This document shows positions 12,393 to 25,000 of a stretch of 64,000 bases of DNA, one piece after another. Made by a program: the position numbers and the translations under genes. Within the stretch, counting starts at the first letter, position 1, and every line of letters starts with the position of its first letter. Under the pieces are notes generated by a model. It saw only the letters and a list, made by a program, of their open reading frames with translations, searched no databases and was not told the DNA's origin. The DNA comes from Octopus bimaculoides (Eukaryota). The DNA lies in contig NC_068992.1 in NCBI RefSeq assembly GCF_001194135.2, positions 36,671,021-36,735,020 on the forward strand, given 5' to 3'.

Positions 12393-13834
12393 TCATTATT
12401 GAGTTTTATTTCAAAATTTCTTGCCAATAGAGAAATATCCGATTTCTAACCTAGATCCTTCATTCGAATCCTTCTACTATACTGTGAGTTCTTATTTCTT
12501 TCTCCTTGGGTTTATCCTTCCGACGGATTTCATTATATAGTGTCCTAGTTACAACAACATGTCTCATCGGGTTTGTATGTATGTATGTTATCAATCAGTT
12601 TCATTTGTGTATTTCTTGTCCATAGAGAAAGAGCCGGACTCTAACATAGATTCAAGGCTCCTTCATTGGAACTTTTATCAACATCATCTAGGTATTTGTG
12701 CATATGTGTGTGTGTGCAATATTTGGTGTTAGTGTATGCGCAGATTTGTATGTTTGTCTTATGGATGCGTTTTAGATGCATGTATATGTATTTATGTGCT
12801 AAATTTTTGGAAAGTTTTACATATCTTTACAGTTCCATTGATGGCTTGAATCTGTAGTCTTCTAATCAGCCTTTTTCTTTCAGGTTTTGAGAACCCTAAT
12901 TTTTCCAGGTTTTTGTTGAGGCAGTTCGTTACATATCCCAATGCCNNNNNNNNNNNNNNNNNNNNNNNNNNNNNNNNNNNNNNNNNNNNNNNNNNNNNNN
13001 NNNNNNNNNNNNNNNNNNNNNNNNNNNNNNNNNNNNNNNNNNNNNNNNNNNNNNNNNNNNNNNNNNNNNNNNNNNNNNNNNNNNNNNNNNNNNNNNNNNN
13101 NNNNNNNNNNNNNNNNNNNNNNNNNNNNNNNNNNNNNNNNNNNNNNNNNNNNNNNNNNNNNNNNNNNNNNNNNNNNNNNNNNNNNNNNNNNNNNNNNNNN
13201 NNNNNNNNNNNNNNNNNNNNNNNNNNNNNNNNNNNNNNNNNNNNNNNNNNNNNNNNNNNNNNNNNNNNNNNNNNNNNNNNNNNNNNNNNNNNNNNNNNNN
13301 NNNNNNNNNNNNNNNNNNNNNNNNNNNNNNNNNNNNNNNNNNNNNNNNNNNNNNNNNNNNNNNNNNNNNNNNNNNNNNNNNNNNNNNNNNNNNNNNNNNN
13401 NNNNNNNNNNNNNNNNNNNNNNNNNNNNNNNNNNNNNNNNNNNNNNNNNNNNNNNNNNNNNNNNNNNNNNNNNNNNNNNNNNNNNNNNNNNNNNNNNNNN
13501 NNNNNNNNNNNNNNNNNNNNNNNNNNNNNNNNNNNNNNNNNNNNNNNNNNNNNNNNNNNNNNNNNNNNNAAATACATTGTGGGCTATTGCTTTATTGAAC
13601 GCAGAGAGTTCCGAGGTCCATATTTTCCTAACCCGATTTCTGTATTCCTTAGTAACACGTTCCTTGTTACAGGTACCTTCATATGATACGTTTTCATCTG
13701 CTCCCAGGTATCTGTAGGATTCCTCATCAGATATTGGAGAAACAGATAGGCCATTGATGGAGATGTTGTTAGGGTGGTTTTTAGCCTTTCCTCGTTCCAC
13801 AACCATATAGGAACATTTATCTTGGCCAAACTCT
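12393..13834 (-). mobile_element. R4-clade (RLE) non-LTR retrotransposon, 3' part spanning a gap
   Basis: EFGQDKCSY..SYRYLG..EYRNRVRKIWTSELSAFNK and terminal GTVKICKTFQKF; (TATG)n on both sides. Confidence 0.85.
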
Positions 13835-13888
13835 GTATGTATGTATGTATGTATGTATGTATGTATGTATGTATGTACGTATGTATGA
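13835..13888. repeat. (TATG)n microsatellite
   Basis: Direct reading. Confidence 0.95.
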
Positions 13889-13939
13889 TTGCAGTTCTCG
13901 CCTTCCAACACACGATTTAATATCTGGTAAAAATAATCA

Positions 13940-15121
13940 TGGGTTGAACCGCAAAAGAAACGCGAGACGTGTGTGACTTAAATATGTTTTAATTTCATTA
14001 TGTCAGAGATAAATTTTGATTAATCTCGTAAAGTCAATTTCTTAGATGCATTTTGACCACAGTCTATGGGTCGTTGTCATGTGTTCTGATAGTGGACAGA
14101 TCCAGTACATCGAGGTTGTAGGTCGTGACATGTTCAATACCGTGTATGCCCTTTCTGGGTGTTCAAAACGGCCATACATCATCTTCGGTACATGGAGTGC
14201 ATGAGGCGGTTCCCAAAAACCATTGGCACCTGTGCCCACACCCCTAGAAAAGTTGCCTCCAGTTCTAAACAAGTTGTCGGCCTTGGGAGTACCTGGTTCA
14301 GCTATCTCTGGATTTTATCTCACGGGTGTTCAATTGGGCTCAAATCCGGGAAGAGAGCCGGCCATGGCATGGTTCTGATGTTGTACTGACGCAGGAAGTC
14401 CATGGTGACCCTGGCCGTGTGGGAGGGAACATTGTCCTGCTGGAACACGTGACTATGGTGATGCGGGAAGAAGGGCTCCATGTGAGGTCTTAGGATCTGG
14501 TCAATGTACCATTCCATCTTCCTGCACCAACATTTTGGAACACATGGGACCCAATTCTCTCATTCAGGCTTATAGCACCCGAAACCATGATGCTCTGGCC
14601 ACCCCACATGTCTGTCTCCATAACACATGCGTCTCTGTAGCGTTCACCCCCTCCTACGCCACACCCTCACTCTGCCATCCGAGGTGGAAACGCAGTACCG
14701 GCTCTGGTCAGAGAAGACTATCGGCCTCCATTGTTGATGCCGCCAATGTCGTTACTGTATAGCCCAGTGTAGTAGTGCCTGACGGTGGCGGGCGGTGAGG
14801 ACAGGCCCTCGAGCAGGACGATGGCAACGCGGATTGTTGGCGGCCAGTCGACGACGTACCATGTAGTCGCTGATGGGTCGCTGTCCAGTGCCAATGGTCT
14901 CGTGAGCTATCATGCTAACCGATCTGAAGCGATCACGAAGGTGTTGCAGGTGGATGAAGCGTTCCTGCCTGGGCGTGGTCACCCGGCGGCGCCCTCTGAT
15001 AGATGGTGCTGATATGGATATTGTAAGCTTTCGCAACAACCAGGGCACGCTGCCCTGCTTGCAATCGGCCGACAGGTTGTTTTCTCTGCGCTGCTAACAA
15101 TCATGTCATACCTGATGCGTC
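13940..15121 (-). mobile_element. Tc1 (DD34E) transposase pseudogene
   Basis: GRRRVTTPRQER..VRRRL paired/HTH region; FQQDNVPSHTAR..WPALFPDLSPIEH with 34 aa between D and E. Confidence 0.9.
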
Positions 15122-18100
15122 CAAATTACAAATTGATTTTTATTCGTCCACAAGGGACAAACACAGAGGGGACAATACAAGGGGTCGGGGTGATTCACAA
15201 ACGAATGATGAGACATTTAAAAATTTATGATATAAAATAAAATCGAATGATTAACATAAAGTGATGGACACGTATGACCCCCACAGACCACATTCCACCA
15301 CTGAGCCTTTTAAAGAACCTTTATGTCCTCCCTTAAGAAGGCACATCCACTCTCAGTTTGTATACCACTTTCTTCCATCGTTTCTCGTATGTACTTAGCG
15401 GCAGGCAACTCCTCCTCAACCTAATTTTCTCTTCAGTTGGGAAACAAAAATACCTTACCAACCTCTAGCTGGAGATGAAGTCGACTGTCACTACACCTAT
15501 AATGCGAGACTTCCACACAACCTCTTTTGCAATTGCAGCTACAGCAAGAAAACAGACCTTCCCTTCCTTTTTCAGAGAGGGCGTTGGAACAATCTTCATA
15601 ATTGACTCGAAGACAACTGTACTCTTCCTAAACGTGACAGCAGGTGTTCAACATAAACCCATAACTCCGATGTTTTCGGACATTGCACAATAGCGTGCAG
15701 AACAGTTTCACTGCTCTGTTGGCATCTTGGGCAAGTGGGCTGTCATGAAAAGCCGTGTCTGGCGAGTTTATCTCGAACTGGTAAGGCTCCTCGGTAACAT
15801 TGCCAAGCCAGAGACTTTGCAAGATATCCAAAGGCCCGGCCCAAATTTCCTTTGAAACAAACCAGCAAGCTGTCCTTCGTCGAAGCCTTGGGTTTTCCCC
15901 AGAACATCGTCACACTTGGCCTATACTAACCCTCTATAGAATAACAAGGTGGAACCCTCGCCACCGGCATTACCCGTCCGAAAGAGAAGCATGAGGTCCT
16001 ACCGATATTCGGCTTGCCACACTCCCAACTTCGGTCTTCGCTTGATCCAAGGATCCAATTCACCGAAATTAGTGAATCGAGGAAGTATCAGTTTGACGAA
16101 CAGTGACCACACACGTTCACCATCCAGGTAGAGCCAAAGATGCCTTGCCTCATCGCAAAGATGCCTTGCCACATCATTAGCCCACACTTTAGAGGATGTT
16201 GGCAGCAGATAGAGCGCCTTACATTTAGTCCTTTGCCCTTCCACAAAAAGTGAAAGAGCAGCCGTTCCAACTTGCTTAGTCACGAATCTGAGCAAGGCAC
16301 GTGAGTTATGCGGTAAGCGATTACAGATGCGATAAACACATTTGCGACCTCCACCATCCCTTTCAGGGATAACCACTGCTCAGACCAGGACTGGGTTAGG
16401 TGAGTCATCCTGCTTGTAACCTCGCTCCACTTCTCTATTTGGAGGTCTGAACCGAACCAAGCCCCTAGCATTTTAACTGGACCGTCCATCCAATGTCCCA
16501 CGACGCTGTTCGGTGACATCGACTTGCCCCTCCAGGTGCCGAGTTGCAAGCCGACGGACTTATCATGGTTAATTTTTACTCCTGCCGCCGCCTCGTAATC
16601 CTTTAAGGCCTCGCCTCCCCTCTATAGTCGTTCCACTTCGGGCACAATGATGGTGACGTCGTCCGCATACGACGTAACGGACCTTCCACAACCTAGATCA
16701 CATGGGACCTCCCTCACACCCTCCAACTTCCGCAGTAAAGAATCGAGAGCCAACACATACAGAAGTGGGGAGAGGAAACATCCATGACGTACCGAATGCT
16801 TGATGCAGAACGGTTTCGAGAAGAAATCGTTCACCTGATCGATTGAATTGATGTTGCTATATAAAGCAGTGATCCATCCACGGAACACCGAGCCAAATTT
16901 GACCGCCGCGAGAACCGACACCAAATACCGATGGTCAACCCTGTCAAAAACTTTAGATTGGTCTAAATAGAACAAAGCCCCCCCCCCCCACTTCCAAGAA
17001 TCCCATTAACCCTCTCTAAGGTATAGCATATAAGGTGGAGATTGTCCTGAATGGAACTGTCGGGAATGACGCAAGTTTGCGCTTCCCTGACGAGTCCACC
17101 CACGACCCGCTCCAACCTTTTTGCTAATACCTTAGCCAAAATCTTCATCTGTGCGTTAAGAAGAGTGATGGGCCTAAAATTACTAGTTATATCCCCTTTA
17201 TTTGGGTCCTTTTTTAGCAGCGCTACAACACTCGGGCTCATAGATCTAGGTATAAACCCATTCTGCTGCTACTTGGTGTAGACGCATACTAGTAGGTGCC
17301 CACATAACTCCGGCATATTATAATATAGCTTGTAGGGTAGACCATCTATTTCCAGCGACTTGTCCTCGCTGTAGTCCGACAAAGCCTCCTCCACTTCCGC
17401 ATCTGTGATCGGTTCTTCACAGCATTCCTCTTCCTGCCCTGAGAGACACGGCAACCCGGTGAGAAAGTCTGTGATGTCCTCCCTACGTTCCGGTCCACCG
17501 CCCCTCGCGAACAGCTGGGCGAAATGCTCTTGAAAAACCTTACACATCTCCTCGGGTTTGTTTACCGAACGTTCAAGTTGATCCATCAAAGACCTTATTG
17601 TGACATCATTGCTGCGTTGGGTCTCCATCACACGGGCCCATCCGACAGCGTTGATTCCCTCTCGTCCCATTGCACAAAGCTTAGCTCTGACAATGCATCC
17701 CTCGTGTTTAACCTCAAGGTGTTGGTTGAGCGCCAATCTCGCGGTTAAAACTTGGGACGTACTGCCAGTTCTCAGTGCCTCTTCTTGAGCCATAACTAGG
17801 TCCCTTTCTATTCTATTCTTCTTAAATCCTATCTCTTTACTAAACCTAACAGATTAAAACTTGATGGCTCTTTTGAGGGCACACCACCATTTATTATTAA
17901 TAATGGTTCCTGTTAGTGCGCTCATTACTAATTGCCTAATCCGACTCCTGTACTCCTCACAAGCCAAGAGTGCCTTGTTGAGTTTCCAGTAGCTGGGTCC
18001 TTCTCTACATACTCTATCTAAGCAAAGCCTTCAAACCAAACAATAATCCTAAGTAAGATCTAGAAGACCCATCGCTATTAGGTCTATGTCCGCACTGGAG

Positions 18101-20284
18101 CATCCGGGAATTCTAGTCTGTATCGATCTGCCAGCTGAAAATGACTGAGCAGATCGTTGAGGCATGAGTTACCCCACCCGTCTGGATTCGAAACAACACA
18201 ATCTACGCGTACATTGCAAATTGTGCTAAGGTCTCCTAACAACACTAAAGTGTGTGGCGTTCCTAGAAAGTTATCTGGGATTCGAAAAAACTCTGGCTGC
18301 CCAGAGCATAGACAGTAGCCACCTTGAAGGTCTTACCACTGCCATGCATCACATCCAAGACGACCAGCTTGCCCTCCGGGTCAATAAAGATTGTTCTACT
18401 TTCTAACGCCAGATTCTCCCTGAGTAGGACAACGACGCCCCCCTCCAAGCTAACATGGAGGAATGAATATCTTGTAGTCATTTAGGAGGGGCGACAACGC
18501 CTGCGATTCTCTCAGTCTGGTTTCTGTAATTACAACAGGATCTAACCTATGCGACCTGATAGCGTCACGGAGGTGACATTACTTCCTGACCGATCCCAGG
18601 CCGCGTACATTTATGCAACCTTCATTAAGGGAAAACATAAAGTCTTACCTTATTGGAGAAGTGTGGAACCCTCCTCCTCGTCCGTGGTCTGTGGACACAC
18701 TTCGATGAATTGGTAATATAATGCTGATGGGAATTTTTTTTCTCAGAGGTGGTATAGCCTCTGGGTGTGCAGTTTTCAGTCTTTGATACTGATCTCTGTC
18801 AGTGAAATTAAATTTAGTGTTCTTTGGAATGTCATAGATTGAAGGAAGTTCGAGTGGTTGGAATAAATTTGATTCTTTATCTAGTTCTGAGTTTTTGGCA
18901 TTGAATGCCATGATAAGGCCTGTTTTGGAAGGAGAGGTTGGGGATTTTGGATATCTTGTGTACTTGGCTGTGTGTTCTTTTCTGTAGGAGCAGGGATGGG
19001 ATTAGTGTCAGATGTGGAATGGAAGGGGTTGATATCTGTGGAGGCAGGGTGAGGATTAGTGTATGTATGGGTAGGGTGGGAACTAGTGACTGTGGGGTAA
19101 GGCGGGGATTTTTTCTCTTTTCTTTTTTTTTGGATACTACAGTCCAATCACTGTCCGACGATTTCTCAGTAAGGGCTTCCTGTCTCTTCATTTTACTGGG
19201 TTTCTCTGTATTTTCCTTTTCTCTGCAGCTGGCGTCGCAGGACGTGAAGGTGCAGCAGCTTTCATGACTGTTGGAAACTCTGGTGCTTTTGGTGGAGGGT
19301 ACTCTGCACTTATGTGACCCTCTTGGCTACACTTGAAGCCTCGGGGCTTTCTGCCCTCCACTATAACTCTTAACTTCGTATCCTCTCCCACCAGTATGGT
19401 GTCCACAATTTCCTCGAGGTCCACATGGGCAGATGGGATTGCCATCTCTAATCCCTGCCTCTGCCAGTTTTGTTGTTTAATTTTGGTGGCTTAGAGGATT
19501 GTTATTTTCTCCTCCAAGCCTAAAATAACTTCATTCAAGAGCCAGGCAACGTCGACCTCTGGTGGAATTTCTCCAACCTTCACCTTGGAAGTACGTCTTC
19601 CAAGGTATGTTGGTAGGAAGACCACTTCGTTTTCATAGGGGTTGTGAAATGCTGGCTGACTAATTCCTCCGATTTGAACTGCATCTCCACTGCCGCAAAT
19701 CATTTGCCCCTGGTAAGGTATACAATATCTTCCCAGATGGGCCTCAGGGACTTTCCATCTTCTTCTGCACGTTGTCTTGTCTTTTATTTTTAATGGACAC
19801 AGTTTTAAATATCACCGTTCTCATGGATGTTCACTAGGAGGAGTCAGTTTGATTTCATGCCCCTCTTGTAATTAGCCTTTAGATTTATCGAGTTCTTTTC
19901 TTTCGATTACCATATCTTCCTTGGTGACACTGGTTATCGCCGCAAAATTGTTAACTTTTTTTTTTGGATCGTTGTTGTTATTGTATTTTTCCGTATTAAT
20001 TATATTATCAAGTTTCATTGCGTATAGTGATAATTCCTCCTCAGAGGAGTCAATATCCGTGGAACTTAGATCAGAAAATTTCATTTTTTTTTTGTTTGTA
20101 AAATTTAAATATTTTCCCCCCTCAAAGCAAGGGGGAAAGCGTTGCTCGGTGTCAACTCAGAAAGAACAAAGTTGTCAGCAACAAGATAAGAAAAGAGAGT
20201 TCAACAGTAAAATGAACAATAATAACAAACGATACTTTACCAAAAATGAACTAATCCAGCACAAAAAGATCTGCAGGCGAATGA
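15122..20284 (-). mobile_element. L1/Tx1-type LINE copy A, near full length and decayed (ORF1, APE-RT-zinc finger ORF2)
   Basis: ORF1 FKCSQEGHI knuckle; RT NFRPITLLNAQMKILAKVL, DQSKVFDRVDH, VRHGCFLSPLL, YADDV; C-terminal CPRC..ETVLHAIVQC; AATAAA at 15139-15144 (minus). Confidence 0.9.
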
Positions 20285-22025
20285 GACAAATTTCGAATGA
20301 ATTCTTTATTGTCCACAAGGGACTAAATATAGAAGGATCAGCACAAGGACAGACAAACATATGTAGAGAAAGAACAAAACGAATGAAAAATGAAAAGAAA
20401 TTGCATGAAAGGATGGAATGGCGGCCGTCCGAAACCCATATCCCGAACGACCCCGCTGAGTCTTTTTTTCTGTTTTTCACAATTATTATTTTACACATTA
20501 ACAACAGTCTTTATGTTCCTCTTTTATACATAAAATTTCACTTAAATTTATCCCAGTTGTACCTACTTGTTTAACAATTGCCACAGTTTTTCTTTTAAAA
20601 TTGGTCTCATACTTCTCTTGTAGTCTATTAAGTAGTTCCTCACCAATAATCGAATCTCTCGCTCCGGAGTATTGGTAATACAACTCCACCTCTGCAACGT
20701 ACTTTGCATTGTCTAACTCCATCATCATCTGTTTATTACTCTTGTAAAACAACACAAGGTACTTCTTTGGAAGGTGGAGGTTTTGGTTATGGCATGATTG
20801 TATTTGTGTAGTGCCATGGTCGGGGTCGGTGTTTGGTGGGGTAGGGCAAGAGCTGGTGCTTGCGGGGGTAGGTTGGCGTGGAGTGGGGCAGGATGGGGTA
20901 GGGATGGATCGGGTTGGGGATCATCATCCTCTGTGAGGTTCTTTCTCCTTTTCTTTCCGTTTCTCCTTTTGATCGTCTCCGCCCATTTCTCTGTTTGTTT
21001 CCACCTGTTAACCCAGTTCCTTGCCTCAGTCTTCTTCCACCTTTGGCGTCTCAATGAGTGAAGGTGCGTTCTCCACCGGAGTTATTTTTCGTACTTTTGC
21101 AGGAGGGGAGGGTATTCGGTTCTTATGTGGCCAATCTAGCCACACTTGAAACACTTCGACCTTCTGCTCTCCACCATTACCCTCAACTTTCTTGATGGTA
21201 TCCACAGTATTATCCAGGTTCCATAGGCAGCCTGGATCACCATTTCCAGGCGCTACCCTGTCCAGTTTCTCGCCGGTACTCTCACGGCCTGGAGGACTAT
21301 CACTTTCTCCTCCAGGCCCAACAATATCGCTGCTATCAGCCTGGCAACCTTCATCTCTGTTGGTATCTCCTCCACTCTCATCCTATAGGCATGCCTTCCA
21401 AGGTAAGAGGGTAGGAGGATTATTTCGTCTGTTGATACTGAGGCCACGAACTGTTGCCTGACTTTCTTCTCTGGGGAAAAACGCACATCCACGGTGGGAA
21501 ATTTGGCACCCTTGGGCAGGTGTATTATATCCGATCAGATAGGTACCAAACACTTCTCAATTCCGCTCCTCTCTCTACGTTAATGGATTTTCCCTTTTTG
21601 ATGAACGTTTTAAATATCACTTTTTCTTTTCTACATACTGAACTATTTCGCAAGGAGGAGTCAGTCTTATTTCATGCCCCCCGCCCCTTAGCAACATACT
21701 TCCATACTTTTTCAACTCCTGCATTTCTTATTTTTAACTCTTTCCTTTTCGTTTCGGTTACATCCGCAAAAGTTTTCTTTTCATTTACTTCTCTCTCCCT
21801 CAATCCTTCCTCCATACTATTTACGTACTTCACTAACTCACCCTCCGACGAATCCATGTCGGAAGAGCTAATTTCGTCAGAGTTTATTTTTCAATCACAC
21901 GCTTCTCCCACCCTCAAGCAAGGGGTGGGAGACAACGACAACAGTGTCACTTGCGCAGAAGAAACAAGGTGTTCAAACACACGTAAAACAAGAAGCTACG
22001 TAGCCTACCGACCGAATCCAAAAAG
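20285..22025 (-). mobile_element. ORF1-only L1/Tx1 derivative (copy C, HAL1-like)
   Basis: 5' hairpin and ORF1 homologous to A and B (ILLPSYLGR..GLEEKV; CFKCG*IGH), 3' UTR homologous to A and B, no APE or RT sequence between them. Confidence 0.75.
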
Positions 22026-25000
22026 GACAAATTTCGAATGATTTTATTATTGTCCATTAAGGACGAACACAGAGGGGACAGCACAATATGATATGGAGGT
22101 CATATACAACGAATGAGTTAAAAATTTAAAAACATGATAACGTCGAATGGGGTACAAAAGACATTGACAATGAGGACAATATGAGGTTAAAAGAAGACAG
22201 ATTTGATCCGACCCCACGAGCTCTGCCCTTTTAACCGACACCTTGCTTTTCCGTTAAGACATGCTCACGCAGGGCCTTTCACTCCCAACATACGTGCAAC
22301 ACGTGTCTATCGTTTTTGAAACGCACTCTGTGACAGACACCTTCTCTCCAGCCCCATCTTTCTTTTCAGGTGAGACGTAAAACCATTTACCAAGTCAAGG
22401 CCAGATATGAAGCAGTCTGTCACAAAACCTTTCATTCTCGACTTCCAAATCACCTCTTTCGCAATTGCTACTACTACGAGAAAACAATTCTTACCTTCAT
22501 CCGTGAGGAAGTCCGGTGGGTTGATAGCTGTACTCTTCTTACATCTGACAACAGGTGTTCTGCGTAAACCTACACTTCAGAAATGCCCGGACACTGCACA
22601 ATAGCGTGTAGGACTGTTTCTACGTCCCGCTCACATCTTGGGCAGGCTAATGGCACAGGGTGGCCGTGTCTGGGGAGTTTATCTCGAACCGGTAAGGCTC
22701 CTCTGTAACATTGTCAGGCCAATGACTTGGAAGTTATCCAGTGTCCTTGGCCCGAAAGTTCTCTGGAACAGGCCGACCAACTGGTCATCATCGAGACTCA
22801 GGGTCCTCCCCAAGACATCGTCAGTTCCAGCCTCTACCGAAACCACTGGCATTGCCCATGCTGCGGAACTGGAGAAGTGCCTTGCGGCACTCCGTGTACC
22901 AGGTAACCGACCTCGATCAGCGACGAAACCAGTTTTCATTTTCACCAAAACCGGTAAAGCCGGGGAACATCCGTCTAGCAAGCGGAGACCACACCCGTTC
23001 ACCATCAACCTCATCCCATGTCTGCGCATAATTAGCCAAGGCATCCNNNNNNNNNNNNNNNNNNNNNNNNNNNNNNNNNNNNNNNNNNNNNNNNNNNNNN
23101 NNNNNNNNNNNNNNNNNNNNNNNNNNNNNNNNNNNNNNNNNNNNNNNNNNNNNNNNNNNNNNNNNNNNNNNNNNNNNNNNNNNNNNNNNNNNNNNNNNNN
23201 NNNNNNNNNNNNNNNNNNNNNNNNNNNNNNNNNNNNNNNNNNNNNNNNNNNNNNNNNNNNNNNNNNNNNNNNNNNNNNNNNNNNNNNNNNNNNNNGGAGC
23301 GGAGCCCTTCCACAAAAAGTGAAACATTTGCCTCTCCAACTTGCTCGACCACGATTCCGGACAGGGCACAACGGTCAGGCGGTAAATGGTGACCGATGCG
23401 ATGAAAACATTGGCCACCTCCACCCACCCATTCAAGAATATCACCGCCCAGACCAGATCTGGACTATGTGGTTCATCTTGCCAGAAACCTCTGACCAGTT
23501 CTTTTCTATTTGGAGATCTGGACCTATCCAGATTTCTAGCAATTTAACCAGGCCCTCCATCCAGCGTCGCACGACACTATTCGAGGGCATCGACTTGTCC
23601 CTCGAGGTGCCGAGTTGCAAGCCAACTGATTTTTCTCGGTTAATTTTTGCTCCTGCCACCATCTCGTAAGCCTTAATGGTTTCACCTACTTGCTGCAGGT
23701 GTTCCATCTTTGACACGATGATGGTGATGTCGTTCGCGTACGCTGTAACAGATCCTCTACCTCCTGGAATCGTTAGGATGCCACTCAGCTTTCTCAGCAA
23801 TGGCTCGAGAGCCATTACGTACAAAAGCGGGAGAGCGGACACCCTTGGCGAACCGACCGTTTGATGCGAAACGGCTTCGAAAGGAAACCGTTCACCCGAA
23901 CGATCGAGTCGATGTCGTCGTATAACTGTATGATCCACCTGAGAAAACCGAGACCCAGTCCAAACTGCGCGAGAACAGTTACCAGGTAACGATGGTCTAC
24001 TCTATCAAAAGCTTCAACTTGGTCTAAATGGACTAGTGCCCCACCTTTGCCAGTTCTATTAACATACCCCTCTACGGTGTAACGTATAAGATGAAGATTG
24101 TCCTGGATGGTTCTGCCGGGGACCGCACAAGTTTGTGCTTCCCCGATTAGGCCATCCGCGACCCGCGTCAATCTTTTCGCTAACACCTTGGCCAAAATCT
24201 TCACCTCTGCGTTCAGCAGGCTGATGGGCCTGAAATTATCTACGCTATCCCCCTTGTCCGAGTCCTTCCTGATCAGCGTCACCACTCCCCGCGCACAGAC
24301 CTGGGAATCCTCCCATTCTGCTGCCAGTTTGCGTAGACGCCGCCCAGTACGTGACCGAACAAGTCTGGCATACTTTTATATAGCTCATCAGATAGACCAT
24401 CGAGTCCCGGCGCCTTACCACTGCCGCANNNNNNNNNNNNNNNNNNNNNNNNNNNNNNNTCAGAAATCGCCTCGATCACCTCCTCAGGCGCGATCGACCC
24501 TTCACAGCTCTCTGCATCCTGCCTCGAGAGGCGCGGCAGCCCGACGAGGAAGTCCGAAAGGCCCTCCCCATCGACCGGTCTTTCGCGAAGTGCTCCTGAA
24601 AGGTCCGACACATCTCCTCGGGTTCGTGCACCACATCTCCTTGCGAGTCTACCACAGATCGAATTCTGGAATCGTTTCCACGTTGGGCTTCCACAACACG
24701 TGCCCATCCAGCGGCCTTGATCCCCTCGCACCCTATTGCACGAAGTCTAGCTCTGACGATACATCCCATGTGCTTGGCTTCGAGGTGCTAGTTAAGTTCC
24801 AGTGTTCCAGTTTCTTCACCCTCACCTGAGATGCGTCACCAGACCTTATGGCTTCCTCTAGAACCTTAACTAATTCAATCTCTTTACTACGCCCTCTAGC
24901 CACTAAACTTGCGCAATATCTAATTGACTCAAATTTAATGGCTCTTTTGAGGGCGTACCACCATCTGTTGTAAACGATAGAACCGGTTAAAGCCCTCTGA

